64,000 nt of DNA from Octopus bimaculoides (Eukaryota): the NCBI RefSeq assembly GCF_001194135.2, contig NC_068984.1, positions 135,349,388 to 135,413,387 on the forward strand, written 5' to 3'. The number at the start of each line of letters is the position of its first letter. Position 1 is the stretch's first letter. Below are positions 1 to 12,050 of the stretch, in pieces. The notes under the pieces were generated by a model. It made no database searches and was not told the origin of the DNA. It saw nothing but the letters and a program-made list of their open reading frames with translations. Position numbers and translations under genes: made by a program.

Positions 1-410
1 TGAAAACAGTTTTTTGTTTTGCTCGTGTTTTGTGGCTATTTGTATTAGCTTCCCTTGCTTCTGCAGTAGGTATTTTTGCAGTCCTATGGTGGTTATTTTA
101 TAATAGTTTTCTAGCTGTATAAGACCCCTGCCACCTTCTGTGCGTTGTATATATAGCCTTTCTATGTCAGATTTTGGGTGGTGCATCCTATATCCTGTCA
201 TTATTTTTCTTGTTTTCCTGTCTATTTTACATAGTTCGTTTAGTGTCCAGTTAAGGATGTTGTAGCTGTAGCTTATAACTGGGACAGCTAAAGTGTTGAT
301 ACCCATTATCTTGTTTTTAGCATTGAGCTCTGTTTTTAGTATTGATCTAACTCGTCTATAGTACCCTTTCTTTATTTTTCTTTCATTTGTGTATGTTGTA
401 TCCTATCTAG
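1..410 (-). mobile_element. R4/Dong-clade (restriction-like endonuclease) non-LTR retrotransposon fragment, post-RT thumb region, runs off window edge
   Basis: Minus-strand frame open for ~137 aa: LDRIQHTQMKEKIKKGYYRRVRSILKTELNAKNKIMGINTLAVPVISYSYNILNWTLNELCKIDRKTRKIMTGYRMHHPKSDIERLYIQRTEGGRGL. The LNAKNK...W...DRKTRK...H.KSD..RLY..R..GGRGL pattern is typical of R4/Dong RT C-termini. Confidence 0.85.
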
Positions 411-439
411 TTCTTATTATCATTATTATTATTATTATT

Positions 440-682
440 GTAGAGGCGCGTGGTTTAGTGGTTTGGGTGTCAGCATCACGATCGTAAGATTGTGGTTTCG
501 ATTCCTGGACGGGGCGACGCGTTGTGTTCTTGAGCAAAACACTTCATTTCACGTTGCTCCAGTCTACTCAGCTGGCAAAAATGAGTAACGCTGCGATGGA
601 CTTGCGTCCCGTCCAGCTGGAGGACACATATGCCATTGAAACCGGGAAACCGGGCCCATGAGCCTGGCTAGTCTTTAAAAGA
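440..682 (+). mobile_element. tRNA-derived SINE with CORE/Meta-like central domain
   Basis: Box A TGGTTTAGTGG, box B GTTTCGATTCC and central TTCTTGAGCAAAACACTTCATTTCACGTTGCTCCAGT. The tail GAAACCGGGCCCATGAGCCTGGCTA recurs at ~63790, and partial copies lie at ~25060-25170 and ~19500-19575. Flanked on both sides by (TAT)n. Confidence 0.8.
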
Positions 683-694
683 GTATTATTATTA

Positions 695-759
<65 letters not shown>

Positions 760-790
760 ATCATCATCATTATTGTTCTTATTATCGTTA
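683..790. repeat. (TAT)n microsatellite; related (TAT)n at 411-439 and (CAT)n/(TAT)n at ~997-1075
   Basis: Direct reading of the sequence. Confidence 0.95.
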
Positions 791-793
791 TTA

Positions 794-992
794 CTGGCAG
801 AATTGTCAGCATGCCGAGCAAAATGCTTTGCGGTATTTCATCCATTTTTACGTGTTGCGTTCTAATTCCGCCGATGTCCACTTTGTTTTTTCATTCTTTC
901 GGGGTCGATAAAATGAGTAACCACTTGAACACTGCGGTTCATGTACTTGACCTGCCTTCTTTTCTGAAACTCCTGGTCTTGTGCCAAACGTT

Positions 993-997
<5 letters not shown>
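794..997 (+). mobile_element. Nin/Deu-domain tRNA-derived SINE
   Basis: GGCAGAATTGTCAGCATGCCG head and TTCATTCTTTCGGGGTCGATAAAATGAGTA Nin/Deu-like core; same family recurs many times in the window. Confidence 0.8.
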
Positions 998-1044
<47 letters not shown>

Positions 1045-1075
1045 TATTATTATTATTATTAATTGTATTATTATT

Positions 1076-1195
1076 AGGGCAGTGAGTTAGTAGAATCGTT
1101 AGCACGCCGGGCGAAAAGCGTAGCGGTTTTTCGCCCGTCACTACAATCTGAGTTCAAATTTCACTTAAGTCGACTTTGTTGTTTTTCACCCTTTA
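1076..1195 (+). mobile_element. Nin/Deu SINE 5' fragment
   Basis: GTAGAATCGTTAGCACGCCGGGCGAAAAGCGTAGCGG...TGAGTTCAAAT...GTCGACTTTG. Confidence 0.75.
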
Positions 1196-1575
1196 TCTTT
1201 CGTAGCATATTGCAGCATGTCTTCATCTTTATTTATCAAATACTGAGGAATCGGTCTCCTTCCACTCCTTATACAATGGTCTATAGTAACTAGTCCTCTG
1301 CTACCATTCTTTCTTTTGATGTACAGCCTGTTTACGCTTGGTTTAGCGCCCCATACAGCGTCATCAATCTTCTCGTCTTTCTATCCAGTGTTGATATTTC
1401 CTCCTTAGTCCATTTGAGGATAGACGCACTATATCTGACCACCGCAATTGCCCAGATATACATTACGGTAACCAAATTTTTGGCATTCAGGTTGGATTTC
1501 AACATCATCTTCACCCTTTTTTTATACGCCCCGCTCACCTTGACTTTCATTTCTCTGTGCAGAATATATGCCACA
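1195..1575 (-). mobile_element. Second, divergent R4/Dong-clade RT C-terminal fragment
   Basis: ORF 1332-1574 (KRVKMMLKSNLNAKNL...WTKEEISTLDRKTRRLMTLYGAL) continues after a disruption as RLYIKRKNGSRGL. Homologous to the 1-410 peptide but clearly a different copy or subfamily. Confidence 0.8.
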
Positions 1576-1639
1576 CCATATACTTACCTACACACAGATG
1601 TGTGTGTATGGGTGATCGTTTCTATCTGGTATTACTTTG

Positions 1640-1910
1640 CGATAGATAGATCATTTAGCTTCTGCCTAACAGTGCCCTTGAATCTCAATTTGGATCTTAC
1701 AATTTGTCAATAGCCATCTGCCATTTGCAAGAACAAGACATTCATTGTGATCGTATTATCACCAAGACTGGCAATGTGATCTGTCCAAAGATGTCTCTGC
1801 CTTAATTGATGTTGCAAGGATTGAAAACCATCCTGTTGCTCTTTGTGATAGCTCTCAGATCCCGCTTGAGGAAGGCAGAGCGCATTTTGACATGTGTTTT
1901 GTAAAGTGCA
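1640..1910 (-). mobile_element. RTE-like LINE 3' fragment
   Basis: Minus frame SLQHQLRQRHLWTDHIASLGDNTITMNVLFLQMADGY*QIVRSKLRFKGTVRQKL resembles the RTE-clade C-terminal LRQRRLRWLGHV.RM.D.RIPK.LLYGEL..G.RP.GRP.LRFKD pattern. Confidence 0.6.
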
Positions 1911-3569
1911 TATTATGTGATATATATGACGTAGACGTCAATGAAATTGGTTCAGATAGTCTCACGAACGAATGCTGCCCGGTTCGCCATCGGACACATA
2001 TACATACATAATACAATAGACTCCTTATTTAGAGTAGACAATCCAACTAAAACACATTTATATAAACCTGCGTAGAACATGAATAACAAACAAAAAGATA
2101 CCATTCATAATCTAATACTTAATAGGTAGAAAGCAAAATAAACCAAAGAAAGTAAAACTTAATAGATACGAAGACGTTTGTCATATATCTAGCAAAACTA
2201 CATTTATTAAATTACGTAATCAATTTAGAAAATATAAACTGCAGCAGTATACAGATATCATACTGATACAAAATGGATTAAGTTTGTTAGATTATATGTT
2301 TTAAGTAACAAATGCGTAATAACATTAATGATAACACAAGTGAAACAATAGAATAATTATCATTATGACTACGATAATAGCTAAACAATGAATTCAGCAT
2401 AAACACGGGATACACGTGGAATATAATAGAATTTTGAGCGACAATTCAGGTTAAATTGCATATAAGTTCATTTAGGTAATCAAATTTAAGAGTGTAAATG
2501 GTCCGTTTATAACGGATATTTGTGTAGAAGTCTTGGATGTGTAACATATATTAGCAATACAACGATAGATTCATTCGTTGTATTCCATGCATCATACGAA
2601 AACCGTGTTTAAGTTGTTCTCTCTTGGACCTTGCTGTTAAAAATAAAACATGGAGGGTGTAAGAAAAGAAGACTAAAATAATGTGCTATTTCCGTTTCTT
2701 TTTATTTCTAATATCCAAGTAAAGATTACTGGTGTTTGATCAATTCAGGTTATTTTGAAGATCCACTTAAATATCTGCCTACAATTAGTCACCTTTTCAC
2801 GTCACTTATTTTACAAATTAACGTCTGCCAAAAGGCATTCTAGAGCTCCAAAAACAGCAAACATGCCCACCACCTTGATATGGTTTGGACAGTTACAACC
2901 TCAAACTCGTTAATCAGATATCTGAAGGTATCTTCCGTTCGTCCAGCTGATATATGATGTACGTATCTTAAAAATTCTTTGATGGCATTTACACATCCCA
3001 CATCTATGCCTGTGGAAATTTCCTATGGTTGTATTAGTGTAACTAACGCTTGCATTATCCTTCAATTTGATATAATTTGTCTGTAGGCAGACGATCTCCA
3101 ATTCAAATACGGCGCCAGTTTATTGACTTTTTACTGAAGATCATTCCAAATCCCGCAATTTCATTGATAGATTCCCACTTTAACGGAGCTAATTTAAAGC
3201 AGAATCAATTGTTTTTGTAAGGAAGTAGTGATAAAGCAAAGTAGACGAAAAAACAGAACTAGTGAGTAATTCAGAAATGGCGTGAAGGCATTGCGCCAGA
3301 CGTTGTTGGGTCAACACAGGCTCTTGACTGATTATTCAACACAACGCCTGAATGCTGTGTATCAGAGCTAAGGTTTGAGCTCTCAAACACGAAGGGAGGA
3401 AAGCCGTCTTATGAGTACGAGCGAAAGAGGCACGATGGGGCAACGTAGCTACTATTTGTTCTTCAGGGCACACAACTGTGTGCGCGTTACTGGTACATGA
3501 GCAGATGTGTGTGGTTTTTAGTTGACGCTTAACGCGACTACTCGGAATGAGTAGGAGTTCTGACTTCGA

Positions 3570-4620
3570 TTGCCTGCAGTGGATTTTGGCAAGAGAGGCG
3601 GAGCGTTATCAAAGTTAATACAACTGCGGAAATATGTAAAATGGCGGTTTAGTACTTGACTTGCAAATCGTCTAGCTACAATGATCTTCGCTCCAATCCC
3701 ATCCCTGATTTGTCTCCATACCTCCGGGCAGATATCTTGCATAAGTGATAGCAGAACTAGAAGAACTGATGACTTGTGGTGCTACTAAGAAAGGATCGCA
3801 ACAAAGGCAATTGTAATGATAATTATTGACCCTTAATTTGGTAAATGCGTAGATGTTTGGCGCTTGTCAACAGTGGTATGGGTGGTGATATGTAAACATG
3901 TGCCATCCCTGACAAGGCTAACTACGACACACTTCACGTGGTACGATAAATCATAAAGAGCGTGTGTAGGGGGCCTGGAATCAACAGGCTGTGTTCTATT
4001 TAGATCAGTCGAAATCTTTCGATAGAACCGACTGCTAATATTCCATGAATTTCTTCACGACAGTCGGTTTCGCTTCCGTCCGCAGCGGTTGGACCGCTAC
4101 AATATTAAACTACATGTAGTCAGCGATAAACGAAGAAGTCCACTTATTGAATATATTGAGTGTTATGTATTCGATCAGTCAAGAATATTGATTCTCGGCA
4201 CTTATGTACGTATTGACATTTGAACTACTTATGCGTTAACTCTTTTATCCAGAGATCGTCCCTTGTAAATGGTAGCAATCCTGGATCATACAAACATCAA
4301 TACAGGGAAGTAGGCATCGCGAATTTCCTCACGCCCTCATAGCCCTGTACTAGTCGAGGATTGAGGGAATTTTCTCTTTTTTGGTGTTCCAGAGAGACTT
4401 ATTTGCTGGCAAGCGCATCGACATTCTCGGCAAAGACTTAGACTTCGATGGGCCAGAGAACATTCAGACCGGGTCTCATGGATGATTTCTAGAAGTCTCT
4501 TGCCTGGCTGGGCTAACTGTTAGAGATATACTCTAAATGCAGCAGGGCATGAATCTGTTTTGCTTGCATGCGTTCAGCCCGCAATTATCACTGACTTGGG
4601 AAGAACATCCCGTTATATTG
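3570..4620 (+). mobile_element. Degenerate Tx1/L1-clade LINE (RT and C-terminal pieces, internally deleted)
   Basis: LDQSKSFDRTD...VGF...W...SISQEY*FSALMYVLTFELLMR (~4000-4240) matches RT motifs LDQSKAFDRVD and VRQGCPLSPLLYVLTLEPLLR. TFRPGLMDDF*KSLAW (~4460-4510) matches the Tx1 C-terminal region. Many stops. Confidence 0.7.
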
Positions 4621-5239
4621 TTCAGAAAGACAAATAGTATTTATAGGCCTTGTGGATTTAACAAAAGAGGTTTCCTTGAAACGGTAAATGTCGATGTAGA
4701 GGCAAGGGTTTACTTTCAAGTAATTTTTGAAAGGTAGAGTAGCCAGCATCTTCCGAGTGAACACTTGCCTACTCTGAGCATTAGGTCTAGACCGAAGAAA
4801 GATAACAGGCACAAAGTTTCTTTAGTATTCAGTGTTGATAGTGGTTTGGGGCAGAATCATACGAGTATACCTTGGAAGTCTTCCAATTTTGGAAATAATA
4901 CTGGCTTTGCTGCCGGCCATCGGCGCTTTCCTGGTTCTTGATACTTCTGCTTTTCGACAGACGCATTTTGAGATATTTTTCAGTTTCTTGTCTTCAATGA
5001 TCTATCTTAAAGAATTGCGATATCTCATTTGATGTGTGTTCTGCTTTTATACCACGTGTTCAATACGGTTTTCAATTATTAATTCTCTGTAAATTCATTT
5101 ATTGTTTTCTTTTCTGCGTTTTAGCCCAAGGGCATTAGCCATACCATTCCTTTTATTAATAGAATATTCTATCATTATTATTACCATTATATTTATATAG
5201 ACACCAGCAAATATTTACAAATTTATGTATACTTGCGTG

Positions 5240-5300
5240 AGTGTGTGTGTGAGTGTGTGTGTGAGTGTGTGTTTGAGTGTGTGTTTGAGTGTGTGTGTGA

Positions 5301-5343
<43 letters not shown>

Positions 5344-6011
5344 CGTATGTATCGTGCACCTGCTTCAAGGTGGCTCGCTTGGAAATTATTGAGGTTGCTT
5401 GTAGGTATGAATCTGTGATTCAAGCACCAAATTAGAAATACAGACAACAATATATACTTGTGTCTAGGTTTGTATATATATATATANNNNNNNNNNNNNN
5501 NNNNNNNNNNNNNNNNNNNNNNNNNNNNNNNNNNNNNNNNNNNNNNNNNNNNNNNNNNNNNNNNNNNNNNNNNNNNNNNNNNNNNNNNNNNNNNNNNNNN
5601 NNNNNNNNNNNNNNNNNNNNNNNNNNNNNNNNNNNNNNNNNNNNNNNNNNNNNNNNNNNNNNNNNNNNNNNNNNNNNNNNNNNNNNNNNNNNNNNNNNNN
5701 NNNNNNNNNNNNNNNNNNNNNNNNNNNNNNNNNNNNNNNNNNNNNNNNNNNNNNNNNNNNNNNNNNNNNNNNNNNNNNNNNNNNNNNNNNNNNNNNNNNN
5801 NNNNNNNNNNNNNNNNNNNNNNNNNNNNNNNNNNNNNNNNNNNNNNNNNNNNNNNNNNNNNNNNNNNNNNNNNNNNNNNNNNNNNNNNNNNNNNNNNNNN
5901 NNNNNNNNNNNNNNNNNNNNNNNNNNNNNNNNNNNNNNNNNNNNNNNNNNNNNNNNNNNNNNNNNNNNNNNNNNNNNNNNNNNNNNNNNNNNNNNNNNNN
6001 NNNNNNNNNNN

Positions 6012-6045
<34 letters not shown>
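5240..6045. repeat. (GT)n/(GAGT) and (AT)n microsatellites flanking an N-gap; same pattern at ~8.3, 15.6, 21.0, 28.4, 33.5, 35.5, 39.2, 46.1, 52.7 and 54.0 kb
   Basis: Direct reading; every gap abuts a simple repeat. Confidence 0.95.
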
Positions 6046-6362
6046 ACCTGTCTATCAATGTATCAGTTAGCGGACAGCCACCATGTTAGGGCATGGCCTT
6101 CAGGTCGAAGTGATCAAATCCAGTACCTATATTCTGTTCAACCCTGGTACTTATTTTGTCGGTGAATTTTGCCGAACCGCTATTGTTGAAAGGGGCATAG
6201 CAACATCATCATCAGCAGATATCAATTGGTTGTGGGGAAACAAACATAGGCACAAAAAACATATGCACACGCATCCAGTCACACACACGCACACACACAC
6301 ACACACACGTACACACAAACACACACACACACCTATATGTATAGACACATACATATACATAC

Positions 6363-6413
<51 letters not shown>

Positions 6414-6424
6414 CGAATGTACGT

Positions 6425-6812
6425 ATACACATTTACTTGTTTCAGTCATTTGACTGTAGCCATGCTGGAGCCCCACCTTCCTTTAGTCGAGCAAATGGAC
6501 CCCAGGACTTATTCTTTGTATGCCTAGTACTTGTTCTATCGTTGTCTTTTGCCGAACGTCACGGGGACGTAAACACACCAGCGGCGGTTGTCAAGCGATG
6601 ATGGGGCGAGACAAAAAGTGACACACAAATACACAGTCATATACACTACGGGCTTCTTTTTAGTTTTCCATCTACCACCAAATCGACTTACAAGACTTTG
6701 GTAGACCCGAGACTATATTAGAAGACACTCGCGCAAGTTGTCACGCAGTGGAACCGAACCAGGAACAATGTGGTGGGGAACCAAGTTTCTTACCACAGAG
6801 CCACTCCTGCGC
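6425..6812 (-). mobile_element. tRNA-derived CORE-type SINE with internal (CA/TA) tract
   Basis: Reverse strand reads GCGCAGGAGTGGCTCTGTGGTAAG...GGTTCGGTTCCACTGCGTGACAACTTGCGCGAGTGTCTTCT...GCTCCAGCATGGCTACAGTCAAATGACTGAAACAAGTAAA. Same family at 20401-20850 and ~33800-33950. Confidence 0.85.
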
Positions 6813-6837
6813 ATATATATATATATATACATCTAAG

Positions 6838-7237
6838 TCGCTAGAAAGGGTAGCCAAAAACTCTATACCACAATTACGAGTAATTTCGAAAAGGAATGAA
6901 AAATAAAAACATTTACCAATCTATTTTCCGTACCATGGTTTCAAGCTATTTTAGCAAAATAAAATATTTTGCAAGGTCAGCTATCTTCAGCGGTACAACC
7001 TAGATTTAACATATAGACACGAGGCACTACATAGAAAACATGACTTGTGGTTATATGCCTAATTTTTCAAAATTTACTGCGCATGTGCGATTTACCTTAT
7101 CGGCAGCAAATACAAAAAAAAAAAAAAATGCCGATTTTCTTTCAGAAATTAGCCAAAAAAATTTTATCATTATTAATAAATTATAGGGTAGCAAAAAGGT
7201 TTTTTAGAAATTTTATTTACTACCAGTGGTCTAGCGA
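6838..7237. mobile_element. Possible short non-autonomous DNA element
   Basis: 8-bp terminal inverted repeat TCGCTAGA (6838-6845) / TCTAGCGA (7230-7237) and an internal direct repeat AGGGTAGC(C)AAAAA; no target-site duplication seen. Confidence 0.3.
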
Positions 7238-7494
7238 GAAGAAAAAAATTAGTCAATAGACTATATATTATTCATTTAAAATACACAGCTGCCTATAATA
7301 GGACATCTAACTCGCTAGTACGTGGCTGATACGCATAAGAGAATAAAAGAATAAAAGAATATACATATATATATATATATATGTTACTTTAGAAATACAA
7401 AAATAAAGAACTGTTCAACTTTGTTTTTATCTGACTTATGATCTTATAACAAAGATATATTTATATATAAGTTTGGTATTCGAGTGAATCAGGT

Positions 7495-7680
7495 ACCACA
7501 ATGCTTTGCGGAATTTCGTCCGTCTTTGTCTTCTGAGTTCAAATACCGTCGTGGACGACTTTTTCATCCTTTCGGTTTCGATAAAATAAGTACTAATCAA
7601 TAACTGCGCTCGATATTATCGACTTTCCCCTTTCCACGAAACTGCTGGCCTCGTGCCAAATTTTGAAATCATCGTAATAT
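7495..7680 (+). mobile_element. Nin/Deu SINE (5'-truncated)
   Basis: TGAGTTCAAAT...TTCATCCTTTCGGTTTCGATAAAATAAGTAC...GGCCTCGTGCC. Confidence 0.75.
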
Positions 7681-7781
7681 AGAGGAATTGATGATATAAA
7701 ACAAGTTAAGTGGAACGGCTATCATGTTCCACTAACTGGAATTTCAATAATATTACGATATTTGATGTAAATTACGCGTAC

Positions 7782-7988
7782 CATGGCTCCAATACACCCG
7801 CAGTGTCCCCCATATTTTTAAGAGATTCTGCGTTTCTCAATTCCTTCTCAATTTTCTGCAGGTGGAGCCTCATAGGAGATCCTTCCTTTCGTTCATTTAC
7901 GCGTAATATGATTGTTAGCAATGGAGCTTGGGAATTAGAAAACGGACGGATTTTTGTAGGGCAGGATCGATATGATGTTAGATATATT
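7782..7988 (-). CDS. Candidate internal coding exon (207 nt, phase 2-2) of an unidentified gene
   Basis: Acceptor gtgcttgtcttttgcag|A and donor CCATG|gtacgc. Open frame IYLTSYRSCPTKIRPFSNSQAPLLTIILRVNERKEGSPMRLHLQKIEKELRNAESLKNMGDTAGVLEP(W); non-repetitive, purine-rich. No family recognised. Confidence 0.45.
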
Positions 7989-8629
7989 CTGCAAAAGACA
8001 AGCACCTGAAATATTAATCTCCAAAAGTTCACAAATTCTTCTACTTAGGTAAACTACTGACGGAAACAAAGATGACTAGAGGCTTGGTATATATTGCCTG
8101 GAGAGTTATATTAATGCACATGCCGTCAGCTAATAATATAATGGCAAAACCAGTAACTACACACATTTTGTGTATGTATGTCTGTGTGTGCGCGCGAGTG
8201 AGTGTGCGTCTGTGCATAAAAATTTATGCATATATATGCATATATATAATATTGTATATATACATACATGCATATATATATATATATATATATATANNNN
8301 NNNNNNNNNNNNNNNNNNNNNNNNNNNNNNNNNNNNNNNNNNNNNNNNNNNNNNNNNNNNNNNNNNNNNNNNNNNNNNNNNNNNNNNNNNNNNNNNNNNN
8401 NNNNNNNNNNNNNNNNNNNNNNNNNNNNNNNNNNNNNNNNNNNNNNNNNNNNNNNNNNNNNNNNNNNNNNNNNNNNNNNNNNNNNNNNNNNNNNNNNNNN
8501 NNNNNNNNNNNNNNNNNNNNNNNNNNNNNNNNNNNNNNNNNNNNNNNNNNNNNNNNNNNNNNNNNNNNNNNNNNNNNNNNNNNNNNNNNNNNNNNNNNNN
8601 NNNNNNNNNNNNNNNNNNNNNNNNNNNNN

Positions 8630-8672
<43 letters not shown>

Positions 8673-9309
8673 TTTCTTAGAATAAATTACATACGTGTGT
8701 TCGTGTGTATGTGTATGCGTGTTTTTATGCATGTATGTATATAATTGAACGTCTAATCGGGAAAATATGTCATTGTAATTGATGCTGGGCAAATAATAAA
8801 ATTAAATAAAAGTTGAATAATTCATGAAGCTGAATTTATGAATGATTTGTTCTTTTGTCTGGAAATCAGGTTTATTCAGACACCAGGTGCAGTATGCTGA
8901 TTTTCCTGTTGTTATGCAGAATAAAAACAGGCCAGATTCAGAAACACTACTCTGCTGAGTTCGAAAATGACATCTGTAGAAAGATATTAGTGTTTGAATA
9001 TGTATTTTTTGATTTGACGTATCAACATGGCTTTTAGCCTACGCTGCTTATGTTTGCTACATATATCACACTTCACTCGTTAATTGCAAACATATTTTTC
9101 TGTTTTGTTCGGCTTTTAAGTACTGCTGCTGTTATTTGGAAAAGTTGAAGTTGGTGGGTTGCCAACATTGATAGAGTTTCAGAAAAAAAAAATTCCCGCC
9201 GAGATTTTTTCGATTTAATTACATATTGGGTACAATTTTCGACGAGGTCAGCTCTGCGTTTTCATCCCTCCAGTTACCATGAAATAGCAGGCACATAATT
9301 CTGCACACA

Positions 9310-9505
9310 ATAATTCTTTCTAATTTTGGCACAAGACCAGCAAATCTGAAGGGTTGTGGAAAACGATTACATGGTTCGCAGTAGTTGGTTAACACGTATT
9401 TTATCGACTGAAACGTGTAAAATGAAAGTCGAACCCAGAGCGTAAAGAGCCGGAAGAAATGCCACTAAGCATTTTGTCTGGCATGCTAACTATTGTGCCA
9501 GATCA
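9310..9505 (-). mobile_element. Degenerate Nin/Deu SINE
   Basis: TTTTGGCACAAGACCAGC...TTTTATCGAC...GAAAGTCGA...CTAAGCATTTTGTCTGGCATGCTAAC. Confidence 0.65.
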
Positions 9506-11334
9506 CTGCATGTCTTTTTAAAATTCTTTCTAGTAAGGCGACGAGCTGACAGAACTGCAATACACAGGGGAAGATGCTTAGTGACATGCTGTCCGTCATT
9601 ACATTCTAAGGTGTTTGTACTTTGGCATCTTTCTTTGTAGTTTAATGCGAGAATTTTATTCTTTTCTTGTGAAGCTCTACACTTCTTCTTACTCTTCTTC
9701 TAGTTCCACCAATTAATTTTGTCCATCTCTCATTTACTACCCGTCCTAAGATAAAAACGTTTATAGTTGGTTGTGGAAGTTGAGTAGTTTCTTCCACGAA
9801 GCACATACGTGTGGTTCCTCTTGTCATTCTTGGCGCTGCTTAGGAGATGTCTGCATGCATATGTAGCTTGCAATTATGTGTCACTGTCTTTGAATATCTT
9901 ACTCATTAATATAATTTCTTCTCCACTTACAACAGCCCTTCCAGAGCAGGGGGCTAAGCTACAACACCTATTGAATGAAACTAGATGAGGACTTCGTAGC
10001 TTTTCATGGTAGAAAGCAATCAACTGCCTTTTACTTCCATGTGTGTAACAACATTGCATCCTGGCCTAGCTTTTCAGTCTTTTGGAATGCAAGTCTGCTA
10101 CCGAGGCAGGCCACAGACCTGGGGTAAATCTCAGGTCATTGGGTATAAACAAAATTTGAAAATGTCGTATTGAACGAATCTGATCACATGCCATCTCTCG
10201 TTACTTAAGCACTACTTAATTTTATCGTGTCATGAAACGGAAACGATCAACTTGGAATGACGATTTGTCCATTCTTTCACTCTTAATTTGGCATTTTTTT
10301 CAACAGTACCATTCTATTTACCGTTGTACTGCATATTTCCCGAGCTTGCATTCTTGCTGTACGTACTTTAGATATGATGCAGATTTCGCGAAAGATATTT
10401 TGCGTTTTCAAATTAGCTTACTTCACATGGCAATAAAAATCTAGCATCCGTACTTGTTTCTTTGAGGGTAAAAGATATTTTCCACTTTTTAAATACATAT
10501 ATATGCTCTCTCTCCCTCTTTCGTTCTTTCTCCACATTAAAATTTCGATATTTGTTCGTACCACATACTATCATAGTTGTTCACTTGTCATAATCATTAA
10601 AAACCTAACGTTCTATATTGAGTCATTATTTTAGCCAGGTTGGTAAATTTGTAGTTTTCTTGTATCACAGGGAAACTAGAAAGCAATTGGGAAAATATTT
10701 GTTTTGTTGTAGTTTATTGCGCTGTTATTATCACCGACTTCGTTAAAATCACAATTGCATGTGTTGAAGACATCTGTTAGACAAATACTTTTTCTAAATT
10801 GTATGAAATAATATTTTAAATATTACATTTTTTTTTTGCCTTTTATGCAACATATTTCTTTTTTCTTTTATATTGTTTCTCTTTATTGCAAATTCAAATT
10901 AGTAAAATTGGAGAAATGTTTTTTTTTTCTCAATTCTTAAAAATAGTGGGAAACATAGAAAAGTAATCTGGTTCCCCACTTTTATGGAATAGCTTGGACG
11001 CAGGTAAAATAATTCCACACATTCAGTTATTCTGAAAGTATGTACATATACCAGACAGCCATTCTAAGACGTTTCAAAATGTTTCGAAGTAATTAATTAA
11101 CCCCCAACGGATTCCAAACGGTGGTATAAACCATGCAATATTAGGGGCATGAAGTTAGTACATTAACTGACCCCAATATTTGGTCGTAAATTTCTTTTCA
11201 AATGACAAATTTGAGTTCTCTGTGACTTGAAATAAAAACTAAAGGAGCCCAAAGAAATGCTGATATGCCCTTTGCCGAGGTACTAACGACCAGTTCGACG
11301 TCTTGCTGCTCAGCAATTTATAATAATAAACTTT

Positions 11335-12050
11335 TCTTCTCTAGACACAAGGACTGATATTTTGAGGCAGGGGACCAGTAGATTACATCGACTGCGGTGT
11401 TTCACTGGTACATAACTTATCGACTTCGAAAGGATGAAAGGCGAAGTCGACCTCGGCGGAATTTTAACTCAGAACGCAACGACGGAGGAATTGCCGCTAA
11501 GCATTTCTTCCAACGATTCTGCCAGCTCACTACCTTCATAATAATTGTAATAATAACGAAGTTACTACATCCAAATTTCATGTGGAGGCAACAGCCACTC
11601 AGCAATACCGATTTCAGTACTTTCAAATATTGTCACGAGGTCAAGAAATTTTGGAGAGAGCTACGTCTATTATATGAACCACGGTGTTCAACTAATACGT
11701 GTTTCATTAACCTAAACAGATTGAATGTTAAAATGCACCTCGGCGGAACTTGAACTCAGAACCTCTAAAAGCGGACGAAATGTCGCATTTTGGCCGGTGT
11801 GCTATCGACTTTGGTAATAAATTGCCACTGAGTGTATATATATACTTCGTAAGGATGAAATCAAAGATGACGCTGTCCGGATTTGAACGCAGTTGGAAAT
11901 ATCATCACATGGCTGTAACAATTCCGATATTCCTCGACCCAATGTCACAATTATATGTGTAAATGATTATTTATTTACTTTGAAGCTGTGGAGAGCCGAT
12001 TAAATTCTCTCTATGCTCGACTGTTACCTTATGTTATCGATCCTGACAAA
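11335..12050 (-). mobile_element. Cluster of 2-3 Nin/Deu SINE copies or fragments
   Basis: 11335-11530 is near full length (ATCGACTTCGAAAGGATGAAAGGCGAAGTCGACCTCGGCGGAATTTTAACTCAG); further pieces at ~11620-11820 and ~11990-12050. Confidence 0.7.

Noticed and set aside
440-520. tRNA-like sequences (also ~6740-6812, ~17540-17594, ~20401-20480)
   Set aside because: Box A/B heads run into SINE bodies and cannot form full cloverleaves, so they are not tRNA genes.
7710-8009. 99-aa plus-strand ORF with a strong-looking acceptor at 7860
   Set aside because: Its pyrimidine tract is the complement of the purine-rich minus-strand exon candidate and it lacks a good donor. Treated as a shadow, though not formally excluded.
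9640-10140. Two short minus-strand ORFs in moderately GC-rich sequence
   Set aside because: No recognisable motif or splice structure; probably old TE debris.
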